A DNA stretch of 64,000 nucleotides from Mobula hypostoma (taxonomy: Eukaryota): contig NC_086108.1 in NCBI RefSeq assembly GCF_963921235.1, positions 58,034,001-58,098,000 on the forward strand, given 5' to 3'. Below are positions 36,485 through 50,389 of the stretch, piece by piece. The position numbers and the translations under genes are program-made. The number at the start of each line of letters is the position of its first letter. Position 1 is the stretch's first letter. The notes beneath the pieces are model-generated. The model was given only the letters and a program-made list of their open reading frames with translations. It had not been told where the DNA came from and did no database searches.

Positions 36485-39400
36485 ATGTCCATGACATTCT
36501 AAAGGGGGAGAGTGAGCAGACAGATGTCTTGGCATATATTGGTACCAATAATTTAGGAAGCAAAAGAGAGGAGGTCATAAAGAGAGAATGTAGGGGGGCT
36601 AGGTAGAAAGCTGAAAAGCAGGACCTCCGGAGTAACAATCCCTGGATTGCTGTCTGTGCATGCACCAGTGAGGGGAAGAATCGGATGATTTGGCAGATGA
36701 CTGCGTGGCTGACGAACTGGTGTAGGGGGCAGGGCTTCCGATGTTTTGGTCATTGTGTTCTCTTCTGGGGAAGGTATGACCTGTACAAAAGGGACGGGCT
36801 GCACTTGAACCTGAGGGGAACCAATATCCTTTCAGGCAGGCTTGCTAGAACTGTTGGGGAAGGTTTAAATTAATTTGGCATCAGGACAGGAACCAAAGTG
36901 ATAGAGCTGATTATAGGGATGTTGGTTTACAAGCAGAGGTAGTGTATAGTGAGACTATCATTAAGGGCAGGCAGATGATAGGGCAAAATAGCAGTCAGTG
37001 GGATGGGTTGCAGTATAAAAGGGGAACAAAATTGAAAATGGTGACAGATATAGGACTGAAGGTGTTATATTTGAATGTACACAGTATATGAGAAAAGGTA
37101 GATAATCTTGTAATGCAGGTAGAGATTGGAAGGTATGATGTGGGTATCACGGAGTCATGGCTGAAAGACAGTTGTAGTTGGCTGCTTAATATTCAAGATA
37201 CATACTCTATCAAAAGGACAGGGAGGTAGGCAGAGGAGGAAGAGTGGCTCTTCTGGTTAAAAAAAAAATGAAATTATTTCTTTAGGAAGAGGTGACATAG
37301 GATCAGAAGATGTAGAATTCTTGTGGGTAGAGTTAAGAAACTGCAAGAGTAAGAAGACCCTGATGAGAGTTATTTACAGGCCTCTGAACGGTAGCCAGGA
37401 TGTGGTCTACAAATTACAGCCTGGTGACAGATAAAACGTCAAAAATGCAGTCATACGTTAGTCATGGGGGTTTTCAATAAGCAGGTAGTTTGGGAAAATT
37501 AAATTGATGCTGGATCCCAGGAGAGAGACTTTATTAAATGCCTCCAAGTTGGCTTTTTGGAGCTGCTTGCCATTGAGCCCACTAGGGGATCAGCAATTAT
37601 GGATTGGGTGTTATGTAATGAACTGAATATGAATAGGGAGCCTAAGATAAAGGAACCCTTAGGAGGTAGTGATCATACTATAATAGAATTCACCCTGCAG
37701 TTTGAGACAGAGAAGCTAAAGTCAGATGTATCAGTATTGTAATGGAGTAAAGGGAATTACAGAGGCATGAAAGAGGAACTGGTCAAAATTGCTTGGAAGG
37801 GGACACTAGAAGGGAGATGGCAGAGCAGAAATAGCTGGAGTTTCTGGGACCAATTTGGAAAGTGCAGGATAGACACATCCTGAAGAAGAGAGAATATTCT
37901 AAAAGCATGGCTAACAAGGGAAGTCAAAGCCAACATAAAATCAAAAGGAAGGGCATATAATAGAGCAAATATTAGTGGGAAATTAGTGGATTGGGAAATT
38001 TTAAAAATCAGCAAAACGCAACTGAAAAAAACATAAGGGGGGAAAGATGAAATATGAAAGTAAGCTAGCCAATAATATCAAAAACGATACCACTCTGTTT
38101 TTCAGATATATAAAGAGTAAAAGAGAGATAAGAGTAGATATTGGACTGCTGGAAGATGATGCTAGAAAGATAATAACGTGGTGGCAGGAGACAAGGAAAT
38201 GCTGAACAAACTGAATAAGTATTTTGCATCAGTCCTCACTGTGGAAAACACTAGTAGTATACCAGAAGTTCAAGAGTGTCAAGGAGCAGAAGTGAGTGCA
38301 GTTGCTATTACTAAGGAGATGGTAGCTGAAGCAATTGTGGTGATCTTTCATGAATCAACAGATTCTGGCATGGTCCCAGAGGACTGGAAAATTACGAATC
38401 TCTTTCACTCTTCAAGAAGGGAGGAAGGCAGAAGAACAGAAATTATAGGCCAGTTAGCCTAATTTCAGTGGTTGACAAGATATTGGAATTGATTGTTAAG
38501 GATGAGGTTTCATGGTACTTGGAGGCACATGACAAAATAGGCCAAAGTCAGCATGGCTCCTTTAAGAGAAAATCTTGCTTGAAAAATCTATTGGAATTCA
38601 TTTGAAAAAATAACCAGCCGGATAGACAAAGGAGAATCAGTGTATTTTGTATAATTGGATTTTCAAAAGGCCATTCACAAGGCGCTGCACATGATACTGC
38701 TAAAAAAAGATATGAGCCCATGATATTACAGGAAAGATACTAGCATGGATAGAGCATTGGCTAATTGGCAGGAGGCAAAGGGTGGGAATAAAGACATCCT
38801 TTTTAGATCGGCTGCTGGTGACTTGTGGTGTTCCATAATTTGGGACTGCTTCTTTTTATGTCGTGTGTCAATGATTTGGATGACAGAATTGATGGCCTTA
38901 TGGCCAAGTTTGCAGATGATATGAAGATTGGTGGAGGGGCCGGTAGTGTTGCGGAAACAGGAAGGTTGAATAGGATTTAGACAGATTAGGAGAATGGGCA
39001 AGGAAGTGGCAACTGAAATACAATGTTGGAAAATGCATGGTCATGCACTTTGGTAGAAGGAATAAATATGCAAACTATTTTCTAAATGGGGAGAAAATCC
39101 AAAAATCTGAGCTGCAAAGGGACTTGGGAGCCCTTGTGCAGAAGACCCTAAAGATTAATTTGCAGGTTGAGTCGGTGGTGAAGAAAGCAACTGCAATGTT
39201 AGCATTCATTTCAAGAGGACTAGAATATAAAAGCAAGGATTGCAGAAGGACTTAGACAAATTAGGAGAATGGGCAAAGAGGCAGATGAAATATGGTCTAG
39301 GGAAGGGTCTGGTCATGCACTTTAGTAGAAGGAATAAAAGCATAGACTATTTTCTAAAAGGGCATTCCGTTTAGGTTAATTTGCAGCACACCTAAAATGC

Positions 39401-40255
39401 TGGTGGAACGCAGCAGGACAGGCAGCATCTATAGGAAGAGGTACAGTTGACGTTTCGGGCCAAGACCCTTAGGACGAAGGGTCTCTGCCCGAAACATCGA
39501 CTGTACCTCTTCCTATAGATGCTGCCTGGCCTGCTGCGTTCCACCAGCATTTTGTGTGTGTTGCTTGAATTTCCAGCATCTGCAGATTTCCTCGTGTTTG
39601 TGAGGATAATTTGCAGGTTGAGTTGGTGGTGAGGAAGGCAACTGCAATGAAAAACTCATTTCAAGAGGACTAGAATATAAAAGCAAAGATGTAATGCTGA
39701 TGCTGCACCAGGCAATTTTGAGCAATTTTGAGCCCTTTATTTAAGAAAGGATGTGCTGACATTGGAGAGGATTCAAAGGAGGTTCATGGGAACGAAAGAG
39801 TTCTCATATGAGCAGTGATTGAAGGCTCTGGGTCTGTATGTGCTGGAATTCAGAAGAATGAGGGGGATTCTCATTGAAACCTATCGAATGTTGAAAGGCC
39901 TTGATGGAGCGAATGTGAGGAGGAGGATGCCTCATTTGGTGGAGGAGTCTAGGACCAGAGGGCACAGTCTCAAAATAGTGGGACGTCCATTTAGAACAGG
40001 GATGAGGAATTTCTTTAGCCAGAGGATGGTGACTCTGTGGAACTCCTTGGCACAGGCAGCTGTGGAGACCAGGTCACTTCGTGTATTGAAGGTGGAGTTT
40101 GATCGATTCTTGATTAGTTAGGATGTGAGAGGATATGGGGAGAAGGAAGGAGAATGGGGTTGACAGGGTAACGGATCACCCATTATGAAATGGTGGAGCA
40201 GACTAAATGAGCCGAATGGCCTAATCCTACTCCAATGTCTTATGTTCTTATGGAG
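36485..40255 (+). mobile_element. Near full-length decayed CR1 LINE (ORF1 SGNH-esterase remnant plus ORF2 EN-RT), with a duplicated RT segment and a Penelope insertion
   Basis: ORF1-like WCRGQGFR...DLYKRDGLHLN (36685-36873), endonuclease SDH (37557-37742), KFADD near 38905, and 3' FFSQRMVTLWNSL. Confidence 0.85.
39387..39602. mobile_element. Head-to-head (palindromic) Penelope 3' cassette
   Basis: Inverted arms of ~84 bp (39387-39470, 39477-39560) surround aggacg. Flanking agg(t/a)taatttgcag occurs at 39373-39386 and 39603-39616. Confidence 0.85.
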
Positions 40256-41311
40256 AATTGTCTCAAGTATAATTAAAAGGCCCTTGGATTAAGTATGTGA
40301 AGGTGGAAAAGTACTTGACCCCAGTATTCCAGCTCAGTTATGCAATATTAATATTTAAGGATTTGGCTTAAATTGCTGTTCATGTAGATCTTAGATCTTC
40401 AGATTTGATCCTCAAATGGTGTGGAAATAAATTGAGCATTGACTTAAATTTTAGTGAGACAAATCCCATTGCATAGCAGAAGGATAGGATTTCTACTATG
40501 CTGTACTTTTCCTCTTTGTTTCTGAAATCTGTCAAGCCAATACAAAACATTATGTAATTTCAAGCAAGTGTAAGTGAACAGAGTTTTCAAAAATCTAAAA
40601 CAAATTAGAAGCAGGCAGCGATCACAATATTAATGATGTTTGCAGATCAAATTAATTACCTTCAGGAGTTCCTTTTAATTATAGTTTGAATGATTCAAAT
40701 CCATTTTAAAGTTTAAGCTAGTTCTTTTGGACATAAGGGGACTTGTAGTTTTAAAAGTTTTTCAATAAAGTTTCTTAAACTTAAGAAGTTGACTATTATA
40801 CAAGTATTCAGAATTGTATTAAAAATAGAATTAGGATTAGTGTAACTGGATGTGATATGGTCAGTGGCAGAAGGGCCTGTTTCTGGTCTCAGCAGGTAGA
40901 CATGTCTATTTCCAGCCCCTATGACATTATTCAATGAATGTATGACTCTGCACAGTTTAGTGAAATTTTTCTGGTTATTTGAAATCACTTAAAATATTAG
41001 ATATTGTAATCAAAAATAATATTTTTGTGCTAAGCTATTTTTAGCTCTATTAACTAAAATGAACTGTTAAAACCTGAAAGATTTTCCCTGATATATTTAA
41101 AAGAATTTCTAATTGCACTTATCCATGACAAAGTTTATATTTGACAATATGCAATAAATGTAAGCAGAAACTTGATAGTTTTCAATTTGCACCTAGATTA
41201 GCTATTTTGCCAAAAATAGAAACCATACTTTATTAATGTTTTAATAATTTAGATTCTGAAGTCACAATGGATTTCAAAAGTAGATTAACTATGCTTTCTT
41301 CTCTTTACCAG

Positions 41312-41441
41312 TCTTTCTGTTTTGGAGGAGTTTGACTGCAGCTGTAATGAACTTGAAACACTTCCCCACACCATTGGATACTTGCACAGCCTCCGAACCT
41401 TTGCAGCTGATGAAAACTTCCTGGTGGAATTGCCCAGAGAG
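41312..41441 (+). CDS. LRRC7: LRRC7 internal coding exon: [43 protein letters not shown]
   Basis: Acceptor ctttcttctctttaccAG and donor GTgagg. 130 nt, phase 2 to 0. Matches the LRR consensus and the LRRC7-type [11 protein letters not shown]. Confidence 0.94.
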
Positions 41442-42499
41442 GTGAGGTGGCTTTTGGTATAACCATGTGATTTTAATTATAATTTAAATTAGACATAAAT
41501 TCCCTCATCAAAAATATGAAAACCGCAAGCAAATTACTTGTCAAATTGCAGGTTCAGTGAAAGGTGTGCTAAATCAGGACAAATGTTTTCTCCTCTAACT
41601 TTCCTGTCACTAATTAGAAGCTACTTCAGAAATTATGTGCCTACAACCTGCAATTAGTCATCTATTATTCCTGAAATATTTAAGATGAATTTGATAACTT
41701 GATGCTGATCAGACTTGTTGACAACAGCCCATTGCTTAACACTTCAAAGATCCACTTTCCTATTGCAAATCCTTCTCCTATTGTAAATGGTATCTAAGAT
41801 CTTTGGTCCCTTGCACCACCCCATCCCATCGCTTCACCCACTGCTCCTTCCTCCAAGTCTTCCTTCCTTTCTGCTGTACATGAGGTCTTAAAGGCTCAAG
41901 TTGTATCTTGTATTATCTAGTCTGCATCCTCTTGAGTAATGTTAAATTCTATACACCCTAACTCTTCACTTGACCATTTCTCTTTAAAAAGTATAAATTT
42001 ATTTTATTCATTGCATATTGATTAGCCAAACATGGCCTTCTAGTAATTTATTGCTTCCTAATACGATAAGGTCTAAAATATTCAACAGACAAGTATTTAC
42101 TGTGTTTCAATATTGATTGTACATTTAAAGTTCCTTAAGTCATATTCAATATTCTACAGCAGTTTAAAAATAAAAAAGTAACTGAGTTCTAATTATGAAT
42201 ATTCATTTTTAGTCGAGATGTTTCAATTCAAAGAGCACTGACTCCAGTCCTGGGGAAAGAGAGAACTGTTTTTTTGGCATGGGCTCTGATCACTGACCTG
42301 TCACACTGAATAACTAGTGCTGCAATAATGGACTTGAACCACCTTCTCCACCACCGCACACCCCCAACTATTGTATTAAGTGTGGGGAAATGCAGGAGTG
42401 TAAAGAGGAAGGACAAGTAATAGTGCAATGCAGCAGTATGAGTAAGGTACACAAGTGAAAAGACGTAACGTATAAAATTAATGGTGCAGCAGCAAAGAA

Positions 42500-44165
42500 G
42501 GGCTGGAAGTATTGTGAATATCAAATTAGGAGCTAATTACCTGAAAGCACAAGATATTTACTGTTTAATAATAAGGATGAATAAGTGCATTTAGATATAC
42601 AGATGAACCGAACTTGATCTAATAACCTCTACAGAGATGTCTCTGTAAAATGACGAAGGCTGCAAAATAAATGTACATATGAGATTGCAGAAAAATTTAA
42701 AGAATAGAAAGCATTGTCAGGGCTGGTTAATTTAGGGAGAAAGAATCTTGGCTCAGAATATGAGGAAGTGCGGTTATTTGGGTGAACAGACAGAATATAT
42801 ACTGGTAAGAGTGATTTATACCAGCTCCCATTTCACTGTCCTCTCTCCGCCCCAACGATGATAACAATATTGTTGAATAGGCAATATGTACTGGAGGTTT
42901 GTAACAAAGCTAATATATTAATCATCTGGGATTTTAATTTCAAATATAAATGACAAAGGTAGTCTTGAAGGTGAGATCATGGAGTGCATTGTAAATTGTT
43001 ATCCCATCACTGAATAGTCTATCTGAAATGAGTTTATATGATAAGATTAATCAGCCATCTTTTGGTAAAGAATTCCCTGGGGAAGTGTGAGAACAATTTA
43101 TGATTTCATTTTACATTCAGAATGAAAGTGACAACTTAAAGCTACAAACTAGAATCTTAAACTCTAATAGAGGAAATTGCATGGGTATAAGGTCAAGTGG
43201 GTTGAATTTTGAAACCACTATAGTAGATAAAACTGTAGCCGAGGTGCAAAGATATATTTTCTAATTCTCAATGAACACACATCCCACTGAGCAGGAAAAC
43301 ATTCTTGGTTAAAGTGATCTTTCCTCATTATTTGAAGAAATGAAGGATGGTATTGCTTTGAGAGCAAAACCTTATAAAGTTGCAAAGATTAATAGGTCTG
43401 AGCTTTAGGCATACTGTTAGAAACCAGCAAAGGATTGTGTGCAGTTCTAGTCGTTGCATTACAGGAAGAATGTGGAGGATTTGGAGAGGGTGCATAGGAT
43501 TGCTAAAACTGGAGGACATATTATAGATTAAAGGTGAGATTAAGGTAGATTTGGAAGGCTATATTTTTTGCATAATAGTAGTTGCCTAGAATGTACTACA
43601 GATGCAACAGCAATATTTAACAAGCATTTAGACAGATACATGAACAGGCAGGGAATGGAGGGATATAGATGATAAACAGGCAGATGTGATTAGTTTACTT
43701 TGGCGATTTGGTCACCACAGACTTTGTGTTGTACTGTTCTATGTTCTCTGATAACAAAATGATGTTAAAGAGGCAGAAAATAAATTGTGAGTGAGACCCA
43801 GGAAGAAATATGAAACAGGTGTGAGACGATTTAATGTTCATGATCAGAGGGCTCTCGGCAGCTTCATTTAGAAAGTTAGCAGCAGGTACAGCAGTTATTA
43901 GGAAGGGAAATACAATGTTTTTACTCGGGGCATAGAAAGAAATTTGGAAATGTTGCTGTAACTGGATAAGCCTTTGGCAAGACCATAGCTGGAATAGTGC
44001 ATTCAGTCTTGACCTTTTTTATTTAAATCTTGTCTAAATTGTTGCCTGGAATGGGGGAATTGTCTTACAGAAATAGATGTGCAGAATGCACCTATTATCT
44101 ATAAGACGGCTTGACTGATTGGTTACTGTGAGAATGCTTCCCATGATAGTAAATCTAGAATTTAA
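42500..44165 (+). mobile_element. Highly decayed CR1-like fragments
   Basis: Scattered motifs such as 'gtgtgcagttct...cattacaggaag..tgtggag', 'atttagacagatacatgaacagg' and 'gaccatagctggaatagtgc' resemble the CR1 3' ends elsewhere in the window. Confidence 0.45.
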
Positions 44166-44254
44166 GTGCATATATTCTTTGCATACTTTATGTGTTAGTT
44201 ACACCAGGCCAGCTTCTACTAGTTCCATTCTATATTAAATTCTTACGAAATCTT

Positions 44255-45210
44255 ATTGATGGAAAGGCCACAGTCAGTTCATGTTGACAGAAGCAGTTCT
44301 TGTTCCATCACACTGAGCACCAGAGCTCCTCAGGGCTGTGCGCTCAGCCCACTGTTGACATATGACTGCACTGTAGATCCTGTTCAAACTGAATCAGGTT
44401 TGCTGATGATGCACCAGTGACTGGCCTTATCAACAATGGCAACGAGATGACATACAGAGAGCACAACAACTTGAGTGTCAGTGTGATCAAAGATCAAAGA
44501 GATGATTGTGGTCTTCAGGAAGCTGCAAGCTGACCATTCCTCTCTGCACATAAACAGCTCCTCCTTTGGGAGAGTTAGCAGCACCAAGTCTCTGGGCGTT
44601 CACATAATGGACGATCTCACCTCTTCGGTTTAAAAAGCATGCAGCGTCTGTCTCCACTTCCTTCCCCCCCATTTTAATTAACTTTTACAAGAGCACCGTC
44701 GAGAGTGTCCTGACCAGCTTCACTGTCTGGTACGGGAATTGCAAGGTATCTGACTGCAAATCTCTACAAAGGATTGCAAGGACTGCTGAAGGGATCATGG
44801 GGGGAGGGGGAGAGGTCCCTCTTCTACCCAATAGAGATTTTTATTAGTAGCGCTGTGTACACAGGATCCTTCGCATTGCAATTAATCCCTGCCCTCTGAC
44901 CAGCAATGTCTTTGACTCCATGCTGTAGTTTTAGGACAAAAGCTGTTAGGATGGCCAATAGCTTCTTCGCCCAGACTGTAAGACTACTGAACTCCCTGCC
45001 ATCACCCAGGTCTCATCACATATGAAGCATCAGTACCATTATTTTAATTTGTGTTATAAATGCACCTTTTTGTTTGTTGATTTATTTGAGATAATGTTAG
45101 TTTGTGTTTTGTGTGTGAGTTACAGTATATGTACTGTGTTGTGCACCTTGGTTCAGAAGAACATTGTCTCATATGGCAGTATGATTGAACGACAATCAAC
45201 TTGAACTTGA
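44255..45210 (+). mobile_element. Decayed Rex1/Babar-like LINE fragment
   Basis: RT motifs 'gctcctcagggctgtgcgctcagcccactg' (APQGC.LSP) and 'tttgctgatgat' (FADD). Tail acttgaacttga. Confidence 0.7.
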
Positions 45211-46894
45211 AATGCCAAAGAATAGTGAAAGGAGATTTCCACAACACTTTTCTTTATCTTTGAATCCCTACATCTGTAACGGCAAGGTCAGGATTGGGAA
45301 GTTGTCATGCTGATGGTAATCGGGAATTGTAAGGAATTGTCCTGGTTTTTTTCATCCTGCAGCAATTCAAATATTCTACCTTATTCACAATCGGAAGCTG
45401 TGAAAATGTGGTGTGCCAAATAGGAACACATTGCTGATGAGCAGAAAGGTATTGAGAAAATGCCCTTTTAATGCCAGGATTACTGAGATTGCATCATACT
45501 CTGATCACTCCTAACGTCACACTCCGTCATGTTACTGCTGCACCTCTTTCGTATATTTTGCTGCAGACTGTTGTTACAATGTTTTTCTCAAGTGTATACA
45601 TGACTAGTGCTGCAATGTCCTCAACCAACACTGAGAGTAAATTCTGAGTGTGTCAGCTGTCATTTGTCATACTTGTCATCGTGGTCAAGTTTTCAGGGTC
45701 AATGACTTTTTACATGGAGCTTCAATCGTAAGTAATGGCTTCTTTGAGTCTTCTTACAAAAACTCTGCAACATTATCTAGGTCTTCAGTTCCCAAGTAAC
45801 ATGCTCCAGATCTTAAAACAAATCAAACGTGTTGCTAAATGGAGGTCAGGAACTTCATCACATGGAGAAAAGAAGCGCACAGACCAATATCATGATGAAA
45901 TTTAGGACAAATGCATTCAGGTTAGCTTTTGCTTCATTATTTTGTTCTCATTCATTAACAAAATGATGGAAAGTATCATTTGTTATATATCATGTGACAC
46001 TGACCAATAACCTGCCCACAATGCTTGCTTAGGCAGCTTGGAGGATACTTAGTTCAAACAAGGGCAAAAGGTCTGAATTGTAGGCATAAGGGTGAGTGAT
46101 CGTGATATCAATGTAGCATTTGACAGAAGGTAGCATCAAGGTACATTTAACATTGAAGTTATTGGAAATCCAGGGGTAAGTTTTCTATTGGCTTGTATCT
46201 TTCAAAATCATTTGTAGGCCAGTCATCTTTGTCCCAAGGCATTGTTCTGGCAGGTTGAGACTGTTCTGGGTCTGACAACCATTTAAGTGCTTCATCAGTG
46301 GCTTTACCCCTTTACAATTGCACTACCACCACTTCTGTTCCTTCTGCTCTGCTCCTCTTTTGCTATTTTCTCAAGTCGTGAAGCAATTAATATAAACCTT
46401 CATCTAGACAGGAGAGCATTCAACACAGATTGATACTTGGTTATTATCAGTCACATCATAGTTTCATATAACCGCTAGTCACTGTCTCCATTCATTTTCC
46501 AGGTTCCCTACCATCAATATCCTTTTTGGGGGGAGGGTTAAGGCTCTCTTGACTATCCGAACTGGACAGGCCGCACAGATAATATGACTACAGGAGTAGG
46601 TTGAAGGTTGGGAATTCTGTATTCAATGATCATTTTGTTTCTTTCAAAAACCTTTCCACTATCTTTACATGTAACAAGTCAGGAATACTGTTGAATGTTG
46701 TGCACTTGTCAGGATTAGTGTGCGTCCAATTGCACAAAGCAACCTAAAGCATTCGCTCCTTCTCTGTCCAGCACACGGCACTGCAACAACTTGCTAAGGC
46801 TTTTTCAGCGGCATCTCATAAACCAGTGACTACTTAGAAAAATAAACGCAATGATGCACAGGAATCCACTACCTGCACATTCCTTTGAACACCC

Positions 46895-47165
46895 CTTTTA
46901 GAATGCCCCTTTAGAACAGAAATGAGGAGGAATTTCTTTACCTGAAGGGTAGTGAGTCTGTGGAATTCATTGCCACAGATGCCACAAGCCATTCAGTTTA
47001 TTTAAAGTGGAGATTAATAGGTTTTTGATTAGTAAGGGCATCTCAGGTTATGGGAAGAAGGAAGATCAATGGGGCAGAGAGGGAAAATAAATCAGACATG
47101 ATTGAAAGGTGGAGCAGATTCAATGGGCCAAATAGTCTAATTCTGATCACATGTCTTATGATCTT
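46895..47165 (+). mobile_element. CR1 3' end fragment
   Basis: tttagaacagaaatgaggaggaatttcttt...ctgtggaattcattgcc matches 33308-33372 and 39990-40050. Confidence 0.65.
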
Positions 47166-47917
47166 TCCAAATCACGCACAATCCTGAATTGGAAATACCT
47201 TATCAGATTCCTGTCACTGTTGGATCAACATTCCAGAATTTTCTATCCAGCAGACTATGGGAGCAAATGAAACACATCCACTAGCTGGGGGATTTTAGAA
47301 TTCTGATTGCTAAAATGCCTATGTATTTATTTATTATTCAATCATGTTTTTTCTTTCATGTGATGTTTAGATAATCCAACTTTCTAATGATATTTATTTA
47401 CCTTCTTTCAATTGAAAAAGAATAATATATAATATAGGAATTGAGAATCAAAATCAGGTTTAATATCACTGGCAGATGTTGTGAAATGTGTTCATATAAA
47501 TCATCCATTAATGTATATTACCTGAATGATCATGAACTATATCCCAAAGGTACATGGACTAATTGGCTTAAAAAAGGCTACAGAGAGCCTTTAGTAAAAT
47601 AAGGGCAATAACTGCACAATATTATTGATTGAGATTTTATGTCAGACTTTTCCTAAATGTCAAAAGATCATTGATACAAAGTTTTCACAGATTATCATAA
47701 TGGTACATACTAATAAAAAGTAGTCTCATTTGAATAATTATAATTGTCAAAATGTAAATATGAATAATTATCAATACTAGGTTGCAGCAGTAATTGTAAA
47801 GCACTTTGATTTTAGGCAAATGATCATTTAAAAAGGCACTGCATGAAATCGTTTCTCAGAGGATAGGTTCTGAAGAGAATTAAAATGCAATCATTTGCTA
47901 ATATCTTTTCAATACAG

Positions 47918-48033
47918 ATTGGAAGTTGTAAAAATGTGACTGTTATGTCTTTACGGACAAACAAACTGGAGTGGTTGCCTGAAGAGATTGGACAGATGCA
48001 AAAACTGAAAGTGTTAAATTTAAGTGATAACAG
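47918..48033 (+). CDS. LRRC7: LRRC7 internal coding exon: [39 protein letters not shown]
   Basis: Acceptor tcttttcaatacAG with upstream gctaat branch-like site, donor GTaata. 116 nt, phase 0 to 2. Confidence 0.95.
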
Positions 48034-50389
48034 GTAATAAAAACTTTTGACCTTGTAGAATATGTAAAATACATGCATGTTAATACTCTGCTATATTACA
48101 TTTATGTTTCTAAATCACGGATGGCTATACACTTGCACAGCAACTTTAAAGTATGTGTTGCTGGAACATAGAATTCATTCTCATTGTATTCTCATGCAGT
48201 TTTTGTATTCTCGTCATTATTTTTAATGTTATTGGCACAATTAGGGATAAGGTTATATTCAGCCTATTTCTTTCCCTAGGTTAAAATTTATGCTTCTGGA
48301 ATAGGACCTGATGCAAAATAGATTTAAAATTAAGGCAAATAAAGGACATACAATACAGGCATTGTTTATTTGTCAGTTGGCAGAATGCATACCTTCACTT
48401 TCTCAAACTCTGGATTCTTATCTCAGTTGGGCTTTGATGCAGGAAAAACCAAGAAACTTCCAAGGCATGGTATTAAACAATAGACACCTAGAGGAACCAC
48501 ATTGCAGGGACCTGACAAAAACAGCCCACTTAAATGGCATGGAAACATGTGAGAGAGGTGAATAAGAGTAGGGAACCTTTTCTGAGATGCCATGTGTTAT
48601 AGCACCAACATTCAGCCTCAGAAAAGTCGAAGCACTCTCTAAATTTTATTCTGGCAAGAAGCTACTGGCAAATTGCAACACAACAATGAGGGAGATAGAA
48701 GTATTGAATGGCTTATTTTCAGAGCTATCATTATTTTAAGTCAAGAGCAGTGAAGACAACTGCCAGGGACCATTGTTCTCCTATGTTGAAACTTAAGAAT
48801 TTGACTTACACATCCTGTATTGTGTTAACAGTATGATAACAACTGGACCTGCATTGTTACAGTGCTACACTTGGACACATTATGGGCTGTATTCATTTGG
48901 ACCTATGGATGATCTTCACCGAGGCCTGTCAGTTTCAGAGCACATAGTAATGACTATTATTTCAATGAACATGGTTGGGATTGGTGAGGCAGAAAATTTG
49001 GACGAGGGGGGAAGCTTCTTGGTTATGAGGAGCAGAGGGCTGCAAGGTCAATACCAAATAAGTTGAAGGATATGTCTCAAGTAAGGCATGCATTGATTGC
49101 AATGTTGACAAGTTATTTCTGGGAAGAGTTATAATAGTTAAGTATGATCATTTCCAAAATATTCCAGCTTAAAAATTAACTGAGAAATAAGGTTGTAAAG
49201 AATCCTTCAATAGTACCTTTTAGCTATCCTACATGTATTCCTCTTTTCTTTTTTATAGATACTCTATCATATGTGAGTGCAAATACCCAGAACAATTAAA
49301 AGGCAGAAAAGTCGAAAGTACACCACAGTGTTAATAGTGCCTCATTTAAATGCAACAACACATTTTGAGTCTGATTATTCCTAAAAGCAGATATATAATT
49401 GCAAACTTATTTGGGTAGGAAGTTATGTGCCTGCTAACTGCCAAAATATAGGCGAGAAACAAATGAGAGATTGTTTAATACTGCTTGTTATTCCTGCTTC
49501 TGTGGAAGAAGAAACTGTAAAGTAGGAATTAAGCCCAAAATGCTCCATCATCAGGCATAGCAGAGATTGATTGCTTTATGAATAGAGTATTCTACCCACA
49601 GCCCCTCTCTGAATTAATGACATACAATGGAAAGTTTTTTTTTAATTTCGAAGTCTAAAAATTTATGTGAACCAATGATTATCACTGATCTTTCAGTGAT
49701 TAAGGCATGCATTAAATTTCCAAGAGAGTATGATACAATAACAGCTAATGTATGATATTATGTGATTTAGAATTTTGGTATAGTAAATTAATTTCTAAAT
49801 TAGAATGCTGCCATTATTTCTTCCAGAAATTGTTATCGCGTTAAATTATATGGTAAATAATGGTAGCTGCAAAATATCTCCAAAGTTAGCACAAATTAAA
49901 CACCATTCTCTCATGCCAGTCAACACACACAAATCAAAGATGCCCATTGTGGTATTACAGATGTTAACTGGTGGGTTGCAAATATTTTGTGTGCATTTTT
50001 AAGATCTGGGGAAATTTACACATTGTGGCAAATGAATAATGCAACAATCAACATGGGAGATGTATGCAAGTAAAAGGACTGGAGTTATTTGGTAAATGCA
50101 ACTGATGAACACAAGGTACTTGTGGAGGCCTCTGAGTGTAGTAAGGTTTTATTAGTAAAATGTGATTTACGGTCTGTATTATTAATGGTAATTTGTAAAA
50201 ACTTAGTTGATCTACACCATTTTGAAAAGTGTCAATTTCCTTGGCTAAGAGAGCACGTATCTGCATCCTGGATTAACATCTGCAACTTGGACTATATATA
50301 CTGTTCATCAGGAACATGATGAATTCATTAATTCAACCCAATTTAATTTGAATAACCTTATTACAAAGCAATTTCTCTTTAATGTCAGT

